From Candidatus Lokiarchaeum ossiferum (GTDB lineage: Archaea > Asgardarchaeota > Lokiarchaeia > Sigyniarchaeales > Promethearchaeaceae), in assembly GCA_025839675.1 (NCBI GenBank), contig CP104013.1, positions 5,340,001 to 5,372,000 on the forward strand: 32,000 nucleotides of DNA, in the 5' to 3' direction. Made by a program: the position numbers and the translations under genes. Positions 25,803 through 32,000 of the stretch are shown piece by piece; within the stretch, counting starts at the first letter, position 1, and every line of letters begins with the position of its first letter. The notes beneath the pieces are model-generated. The model saw nothing but the letters and a program-made list of their open reading frames with translations. It ran no database searches and was not told the origin of the DNA.

Positions 25803-27062
25803 CTAATTGGGAATCATTACTTTTAATTTTATATCTTCAAAGGTTTCTTCACATACCATTTTTTGTAATTCATTTCTATCATTTCCGACTTTTTCAAGTA
25901 ACTCTTTGAATTCTCTTTTTCTACGATTTAAATCGTTTTCAAAATGTTCAAAATCTATTGTCAATGTAGCTATTTTATCTTTTAATTCGTTTCGTTTCTG
26001 TTCCAAACCTTTCTTTTCAAGAATCTTCTTGCATTCCGCTTTTTCATCTCGTATTTGGATTATTTCTTTGATATTTTCTTCCAAAGAATTTTCACTTACA
26101 ATCTGATTAATATTCTCAATTATTCGTTCACGTAAATCTGATTTTAATTTAAGTGGATCATGTTCATCTTCTAACATTAATCTTGTTTTAATTAAAATTT
26201 GTCTTAATTGGGGGATTTTTGGGCCATCATTAATTATATTTGTTACTGGTGATTTAATATATGCTTTAATTTGATCTGGTCGCATTTCTCGTGCTCTGAT
26301 GCTTCCTTTTTCTAATCCTTTGAGTAATTTTTTAAATGCTTTCTTGAATTTTAAAGAATCAGAAAGTTGTGTTGATTTTGATTGTTCTAAAGTCTCAATC
26401 CTTTCAAGATTTTGTAAATCTGGATCTTTACTTAAATTAAATAAACTTTCTTCCATCTCTTTAAGTTTATCACTCATTTGTATTTTTTCTTGATCTAAGG
26501 CTTCAATTTTGGATTTTGTGGTTCCTAACCTTTCAATATTATTATTTAGTAATGGAATTTTTTTCAATAGTCCTTCAGCATTTTTTCCATCTTGATAATT
26601 TTTTAGCATGTATTTGTTAACTTTTGCACTGATGTTCCCCATTTTTCGAAGGTGCATATCAATTTCTTTAATTTCAATCTTGTATGCTTTTCCAAATCGA
26701 GGGATACTCTTTTTGCCTTGATTATTATATATTCCATAGACTTTTTTTATGCCATCGATGAAATTCATTGAGTTTTCGTAGGTTATATCAACATGGACGG
26801 TCGGAATTTTAACTGATTCCAGTGTTTCGACAACATTATCAATAAAACGTTCCATAATTGATTGATTTTTTGGATCAAGTGGTTCTTCTTCATTTGCTAA
26901 CGTTCTTTGGGTCCATGTGCGCAAAGATGTTCTTGCTTCTGCCATTTCACGTTCTGCGTTACTGAATAACTTAGTAAGGAGTTTATGTTGTTTTTTAAAC
27001 CGCGTTTGCAGCGATTTTAGATACCATTCTTCAAGCTCATCAAGTGGGATTTCGGTGGACAT
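25803..27062 (-). CDS. helical/coiled-coil protein, unknown function (about 420 aa)
   Basis: Long ORF, K/E/L-rich with heptad-like stretches, especially in the C-terminal 120 aa. The track start is TTG at 27068; ATG at 27062. Confidence 0.6.
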   Translation of the reverse strand: MSTEIPLDELEEWYLKSLQTRFKKQHKLLTKLFSNAEREMAEARTSLRTWTQRTLANEEEPLDPKNQSIMERFIDNVVETLESVKIPTVHVDITYENSMNFIDGIKKVYGIYNNQGKKSIPRFGKAYKIEIKEIDMHLRKMGNISAKVNKYMLKNYQDGKNAEGLLKKIPLLNNNIERLGTTKSKIEALDQEKIQMSDKLKEMEESLFNLSKDPDLQNLERIETLEQSKSTQLSDSLKFKKAFKKLLKGLEKGSIRAREMRPDQIKAYIKSPVTNIINDGPKIPQLRQILIKTRLMLEDEHDPLKLKSDLRERIIENINQIVSENSLEENIKEIIQIRDEKAECKKILEKKGLEQKRNELKDKIATLTIDFEHFENDLNRRKREFKELLEKVGNDRNELQKMVCEETFEDIKLKVMIPN

Positions 27063-27174
27063 TTTCAATTACTAGTAAAGAAAGGTCGGATCTTTAAAAA
27101 TTTTTAAGCACAATTAGTACAAGACAATGAAGGTAGTGAGTGAAAAAAGATTGTGAAAAATATGTTCTAAGTGG

Positions 27175-28929
27175 TTAACTTGATTTTTGGCTATTTTTTA
27201 ACATCAAATTTCTTAGTGCTTCCATGTCTATTCCCAAATATCCTTCTTTGGAATAAAGGGGTGATCTTATTGACTCCATTGCTTTCTCTTCATCAGAAAT
27301 AAAGAAAATTCCTTTTTTCAAAAAATCATCAAAATAGGTTGCAAATTTCATCCGATCTACTGTTAAATTTTCTGCAGTTGGTTCATCATATAATTTAATT
27401 AATGGCATTTCCTTTGTATCTGCTTTCATCCCTTTCATCCCTGCAAATAATCCTCCTAGTGTGGCGATAAATGGGAGTTGATGTGCAATGTGATTCATAG
27501 ATAGTAATGCTTGAATATTTTTAGCGGAAAGAGAATCCGTTAATAAATCAATATTGAATCCAAAGCAAGCTTTAAAATGAGTTTTTACCTTTTTCTCAAC
27601 TTCTTTAGTGAATTTTCTGAATGTTTCGGGACTTTCTTCAACATTTTTTTTAAGAAGTTTATCAAACCCTTTAGATTCTATAATTTTTAAAAATGCTTTT
27701 CCATCTTTAATTCCCATTTGGACAAGTGTCGCCCAAATTTTATTTTTCTCTTCATTTTTTTGATAAGTTAAAAGGAGAACATTTTCAAAATATTCGATAA
27801 CAGTGCGAAATGCTTGATTGAAGTTCCCTATTCCTGGTCCTAATTGTAGTCCAAATAATTTTAAAAATGAGTTCAGAAGAGAATCCGGATACCAAGTTGT
27901 ACTATATGCCAACTCAAAGCAAAATGTAAAAATATCAAATAAGTCATTACTTGGATCATTGCATTTTTCAAGAAATTCAAAAATTTCACTTTCATCTATA
28001 ACCTGAGTTCTTAAACCTGTTTTGTTATGTATTTTTTCTGCTATTTGGATTAATGGCAATTCTATATTGTAAAATTCTTTAAACAATATATTTGGAAGTG
28101 GATTTACGCTTAATCGATGATTACTAATTATGAATTTTAATCCAATGAGTGGTTTTTTTCTCTTTTTTGAATAAATGATCAAATTTTCGATTGAATCATC
28201 ATACAATGTTGTTAAAATTCTTGCCCATTGTTCAAAATCAACATTTTTCATTCTTTTTACGCTTTTTTCCACATTTTTAAACGAAAGATTGTATGAAAAT
28301 TGAGAAAGAACATAATTCATTTTTGATTTTTTCTTTTTTCCTAAATATTGAAAAACGTTCTTTAGATCCACTAGTTCTTTAATTGTACTCAAAGCATCAT
28401 GATTGAAGTCCGGAATAATTTTGGATATAATCCTTTTATAATTTATAGGAAGTATTATACTTCGAGATGTCGCTATACTATAATTTTTCTCAAGAAAATC
28501 CTTAATAAGTTCTTGGATTGGTTCATAATTATCTAAATGGGATTGTAAATTTGTAAAAAAATCTTGAAAATTATCAGATTTATCTATAAACTTAATTGAT
28601 AATTGAAGAAATGATTGTAATTTTCCTAAATTGTCTAATTCCTCAATAAATTCTGTTGTAATTTCACAAAAATCCAAAATTTGTAAATTATCATCCACTA
28701 TTACAAATGATATTGACGAAAAAGGGTGATGTGAGTAATAGTTTTCAATTAGAAAATAAATTTGATGGAGATCCCATCTTAATGGCAATCCTGCCATTAT
28801 TTCAGGAGGAATTGAAATTTTCTCAATAGGGTTTATAGCTATTTTGTTAATATAATTAATCAATTCTTCAAAACTTTCCCGAAACAGTGAGACGGAATTT
28901 TTCTCGGAGTTCTGTGAAACTTCATTCAT
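27175..28929 (-). CDS. large hypothetical protein (584 aa), predominantly helical, unknown function
   Basis: Uninterrupted 584-codon ORF with an ATG start, lying 106 nt upstream of 25803..27062 on the same strand. No motif recognised. Confidence 0.6.
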   Translation of the reverse strand: MNEVSQNSEKNSVSLFRESFEELINYINKIAINPIEKISIPPEIMAGLPLRWDLHQIYFLIENYYSHHPFSSISFVIVDDNLQILDFCEITTEFIEELDNLGKLQSFLQLSIKFIDKSDNFQDFFTNLQSHLDNYEPIQELIKDFLEKNYSIATSRSIILPINYKRIISKIIPDFNHDALSTIKELVDLKNVFQYLGKKKKSKMNYVLSQFSYNLSFKNVEKSVKRMKNVDFEQWARILTTLYDDSIENLIIYSKKRKKPLIGLKFIISNHRLSVNPLPNILFKEFYNIELPLIQIAEKIHNKTGLRTQVIDESEIFEFLEKCNDPSNDLFDIFTFCFELAYSTTWYPDSLLNSFLKLFGLQLGPGIGNFNQAFRTVIEYFENVLLLTYQKNEEKNKIWATLVQMGIKDGKAFLKIIESKGFDKLLKKNVEESPETFRKFTKEVEKKVKTHFKACFGFNIDLLTDSLSAKNIQALLSMNHIAHQLPFIATLGGLFAGMKGMKADTKEMPLIKLYDEPTAENLTVDRMKFATYFDDFLKKGIFFISDEEKAMESIRSPLYSKEGYLGIDMEALRNLMLKNSQKSS

Positions 28930-29133
28930 TAGTAAACCTCTTTTTGAGAAACATTAAAAAGATTTTTTCACAAATTCACCAAAAATTGAAAAAAGTAACA
29001 AATTTTGAATGGAAATGGATAAATTTTGATAAAAAGTTAGAAAATAACATTTAGAATAGACAAAATCTAATTCTATTTTCTTAATTTAAACAGAAATTTT
29101 TTTATCAATTGTTTGTTATAGGTTAAATTGAGT

Positions 29134-30432
29134 ATGGAAAGAGCAAAAATATTTGATAATCTACCTAACTTGGAAACTGTTTTGGAACTTTATATAAATT
29201 TGTGTGGTAAACCGGAACCGGAGGAAGAAGAAGAAGCACAAAAGAATTTGGTCCCTATTTTTAATCAATGGCTTGAAAATATTAAGGAAAATGATGGGTA
29301 TTATTCTGATATTCAAGAAATTTATAATATGATTAGCAATTGGGATACTTTGGAAAGTTGGTTCTTTGAAATTCCTTTCTTGAAACAGAAATTGGGGGAA
29401 TTTTTATTGATTTTTTATCCAAAAAATGAACAATTAAATCAAATTTTTGCGCCAGTTGATAAAAAACCAAATGAAAATAATATTGTTCATACCGAAGAAT
29501 CATTTCAAAAAAGTGATTTGAAGGCACCTATTGTTGATCTTGACAGTAACTCCGTACAAGATGTAAAAAAAAATACATTAGAGCTGAATTTTCAAAAGCA
29601 AATTCTTACTAATTCGATCGATGTTGAAAAACAAACAAAAATTGAAAAAAGACTACAAGAAATGGAGAAAAGGATGGCCGATTTAATGGAAAAAGAAGGA
29701 AGGGTCAAAGTCGAAGACCAAATTAAACCTTCTCCTCCTCTAAATGAAATGCCCCAAATTCAACAATATGATAGCGATACAAAATTACATCCACCGAAAT
29801 TCAATATTCCAAATGTTCCGAAGCCTAAGAAAAAAGTTACTCCAAATAACAATAACATCATCCCAGACATTACAGAAATTTCAAAAGAACAAAAAAAACT
29901 CCCTATTCCAATTAAAATAACTCCTCAAGTTCCATTTACACCTGAAGAAGAGAATATAATTGATATTAATGATAATGAAGGAGATTCAAAATATAAAATA
30001 CAGAATATCGAAACAAATATCTCTATTCAAAATTCTCCTGAAATTGTACCCCTACAATACGTTCCTTCATCAAAAAATAATATATCTTCTAATGCAATTC
30101 GAATCACTAATATCGATGTTTCATCTCATATCATCCGTCCTGAGCAAGATCTGAATCAAAATATCTCCCCTAAAATCGAACAGATAAAGTATTTAGATAA
30201 CAAATTAGAAAACGAAAATCTAATTGAATCTTCAATTGATGTTTTCAAAGAAATTATTTCCTTAGAGTCAAAAAAATATTACCTTGAACAACAGATGAAA
30301 GAACTGGAAAAAAACGTTTCTGGGGGTTTAATGTCTGCTGAAAATTATCAACTTCAAATTTCGAAATATAATTCTGAATTATTTAATTTTTCAACTCACA
30401 TTGAAAAATTACGTTCAAAGATTCTTGATTAA
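29134..30432 (+). CDS. hypothetical protein: helical N-domain, long P/N/I-rich low-complexity linker, C-terminal coiled coil
   Basis: The three-part composition is visible in the translation. The track start is TTG at 29128; ATG at 29134 (MERAKIF). Confidence 0.6.
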   Translation: MERAKIFDNLPNLETVLELYINLCGKPEPEEEEEAQKNLVPIFNQWLENIKENDGYYSDIQEIYNMISNWDTLESWFFEIPFLKQKLGEFLLIFYPKNEQLNQIFAPVDKKPNENNIVHTEESFQKSDLKAPIVDLDSNSVQDVKKNTLELNFQKQILTNSIDVEKQTKIEKRLQEMEKRMADLMEKEGRVKVEDQIKPSPPLNEMPQIQQYDSDTKLHPPKFNIPNVPKPKKKVTPNNNNIIPDITEISKEQKKLPIPIKITPQVPFTPEEENIIDINDNEGDSKYKIQNIETNISIQNSPEIVPLQYVPSSKNNISSNAIRITNIDVSSHIIRPEQDLNQNISPKIEQIKYLDNKLENENLIESSIDVFKEIISLESKKYYLEQQMKELEKNVSGGLMSAENYQLQISKYNSELFNFSTHIEKLRSKILD

Positions 30433-30497
30433 AAAATTACATAAATAAATTTAAGTCAAAAAAAACAAATATTAATCACTTATTGAAGGTAAAAAAA

Positions 30498-30902
30498 ATG
30501 ACTAAAGAAAAATATATTGAACTTTTAAATCACGCTTTTGATGAAGGCACCCCTTTTATTAATGTAACCGAATTCTATTCCTTTGCCCTAATTCCTAAGG
30601 GTGACAAATGGTTGGAAGCAGCTTACGATTTTGAAGAAAAAAATCTAGATGATACAACTGAATTAGATTCGGAAAATGCGTATTATCACTTTTGTGAAGA
30701 AATTGAAAAAGCTATGTCCGATGAAGTGGAAGATTTCATGTTAATTACTTGGAAAGAGTTTAAAAAGGGATTTGGGGATGATTTTTCAGCAAATTTAAAG
30801 GCTGGGATCGTTGAATTGACCTCAAATCCAACTAAATATTCCAAAAATCTTCCTATCGTGTTAAATAAAGATGATTTGGATAAAGTGATTTCAAAGTTAT
30901 AG
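30498..30902 (+). CDS. small acidic hypothetical protein
   Basis: ORF downstream of 29134..30432 on the same strand. The track start is TTG at 30483; ATG at 30498 (MTKEKYIELL). Confidence 0.5.
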   Translation: MTKEKYIELLNHAFDEGTPFINVTEFYSFALIPKGDKWLEAAYDFEEKNLDDTTELDSENAYYHFCEEIEKAMSDEVEDFMLITWKEFKKGFGDDFSANLKAGIVELTSNPTKYSKNLPIVLNKDDLDKVISKL

Positions 30903-30912
30903 TCTCATTTTT

Positions 30913-32000
30913 TTATTGGAATTTTAAAATTGCTTCTAATCCGGCATTGTGATCTGCTGGACAGCCAGGTATAAATAATACGTTATTGAGAATATCAGGC
31001 ACATTTTCTTTCATTAATCTATTCTTATACTCCCCATAATTTTTTTTAGTGCATTGTCCAAAAAAGATTTTTGGGATTGAATCGATTTCAATTTCATTTA
31101 TATCTCTTTTTCCAATATAGAAGTAAATTTTCGGGTATTTTTGTTGTAATTTAACCCATTTTTCCATAAGTGCAGAATTAAATGAAAATTTCCGGAAAAT
31201 CCGAGAATATGCCATCTGACATCCCGTACACCCCCAAGATGAGCATTTTGAATAAATATTTCCATATTTTATAAAATCTGCAGGTTTTTGAAACGGGGGA
31301 CTTGCAGGAATAAGGGGGAGACTTCTTTCTGATATTTTTACTTGCATCGGTGGAATATGGGGGGCTTCTTCATGGGAAATTCCCATAATTGTTAAACAAG
31401 CGTTATCAACTTCGACCATATTTTCCCCTCCGATGCATAAATTTAGTGTTCTCGTTTTTGTTTGTCCTTCAGGATGCATTGACGGCCCCGTACCTTCTAA
31501 AGCAGTAGTAGCGTCAACTAAGTTGAAATCTGGTTTGATGATTGCACCTAGCTCTGTAATACAATCGTGAAGATTTGTTTTTCCCCCATATCCTAAATGG
31601 AATTGCTTTTTATCCCTTAGTAGAAGCAGTCCTTTTTGATTTTTTAAACTAAGGGTTGCTCCAGTCATTAAATGGGACTTCATTTTTGGAACATTAATAT
31701 ATGTGTGTGTTTTAACATATTTTGGGATGGATAATGTTCCATATTTCCATTGAATATCCATAAAATCTGTGAACTCCAAGTTTTCAGAGATCACATCAAT
31801 TCCATATTTTTTTTGAAGTCGTTTAATCATGCGTTCGTATTTTGTTTCTTCCAACAATCTTTGAAAATGTTCTTGTTTGAATGAGAAATACCCTGAATTT
31901 TCTCCAATTATGAATTTTTTTCCTCCTAATTTTGATAAAGCGAGAATCAATCCTTCAACTAGCTTCGGATGAGTAATGGTGGGATTTCGAGGATCTGTCG
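30913..32000 (-). CDS. DUF362 domain protein (partial, N-terminus beyond the right edge)
   Basis: VPKMKSHLMTGATLSLKNQKGLL and VDATTALEGTGP match DUF362 core motifs. The frame stays open upstream of the track Met to the window end (TDPRNPTITHPKLVEGLILALSKLGGKKFIIGENSG, the conserved THP...GE region). There are C-terminal Cys clusters (CSSWGCTGC, PGCP). Confidence 0.75.
   Translation of the reverse strand, partial: TDPRNPTITHPKLVEGLILALSKLGGKKFIIGENSGYFSFKQEHFQRLLEETKYERMIKRLQKKYGIDVISENLEFTDFMDIQWKYGTLSIPKYVKTHTYINVPKMKSHLMTGATLSLKNQKGLLLLRDKKQFHLGYGGKTNLHDCITELGAIIKPDFNLVDATTALEGTGPSMHPEGQTKTRTLNLCIGGENMVEVDNACLTIMGISHEEAPHIPPMQVKISERSLPLIPASPPFQKPADFIKYGNIYSKCSSWGCTGCQMAYSRIFRKFSFNSALMEKWVKLQQKYPKIYFYIGKRDINEIEIDSIPKIFFGQCTKKNYGEYKNRLMKENVPDILNNVLFIPGCPADHNAGLEAILKFQ

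Noticed and set aside
25807-26493. Two + strand ORFs (25807..26106 and 26299..26493) rich in Ser/Phe/Leu.
   Set aside because: They are antisense to the K/E-rich coiled-coil gene 25803..27062. AAA/GAA codons read in reverse give TTT/TTC, which makes them compositional artefacts. The same reasoning applies to 1255..1506, 4582..4800, 10760..10951, 11141..11347, 15282..15497, 16198..16404, 21368..21595, 27818..28006, 29333..29527 and 29960..30154.
1-32000. A window-wide look for mobile elements, prophage, defence islands, CRISPR arrays, rRNA and tRNA.
   Set aside because: I recognised no transposase, integrase, Cas, restriction or toxin-antitoxin signatures in any ORF. There are no terminal inverted repeats and no repeat-spacer arrays. 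The only multi-copy DNA element seen is the two-copy 22-mer at 1041-1113.

Overview
Strongly AT-rich, compact archaeal chromosomal window with about 35 protein genes. I could not support any rRNA, tRNA, CRISPR array or mobile element. Archaeal-type informational genes are present: a uS13-uS4-uS11 operon, an archaeal/eukaryal-type AspRS and TruD/Pus7. They sit alongside eukaryotic-signature-type proteins: a Snf7-family ESCRT-III subunit, an SDS22-like LRR protein, an Arf/Sar-like small GTPase and a Roadblock/LC7 protein. From this combination I infer an Asgard (Lokiarchaeia-like) archaeon; this is an inference, not a database result. Recognisable housekeeping genes are pyruvate kinase, the PncB-PncA NAD salvage pair, an RlmF/METTL16-like m6A methyltransferase, a SplB-like radical SAM enzyme and a DUF362 protein truncated at the right edge. 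The rest are orphans: coiled-coil or helical proteins, secreted proteins, a pair of zinc-ribbon paralogs and a 13-unit tandem-repeat protein. The most interesting locus is 13.1-16.5 kb. It holds an Arf/Sar-type GTPase with an extra C-terminal Roadblock/longin-like module (the Rag/Gtr-like domain order). This is followed by an orphan soluble protein and two roughly 7-TM paralogs joined by 1-nt stop/start overlaps, and it faces a convergent standalone Roadblock/LC7 gene. I propose this as a candidate, apparently uncharacterised, membrane-anchored GTPase switch system. Several ORF-track starts are TTG/GTG codons followed within a few codons by ATG, so start coordinates are less certain than stops.
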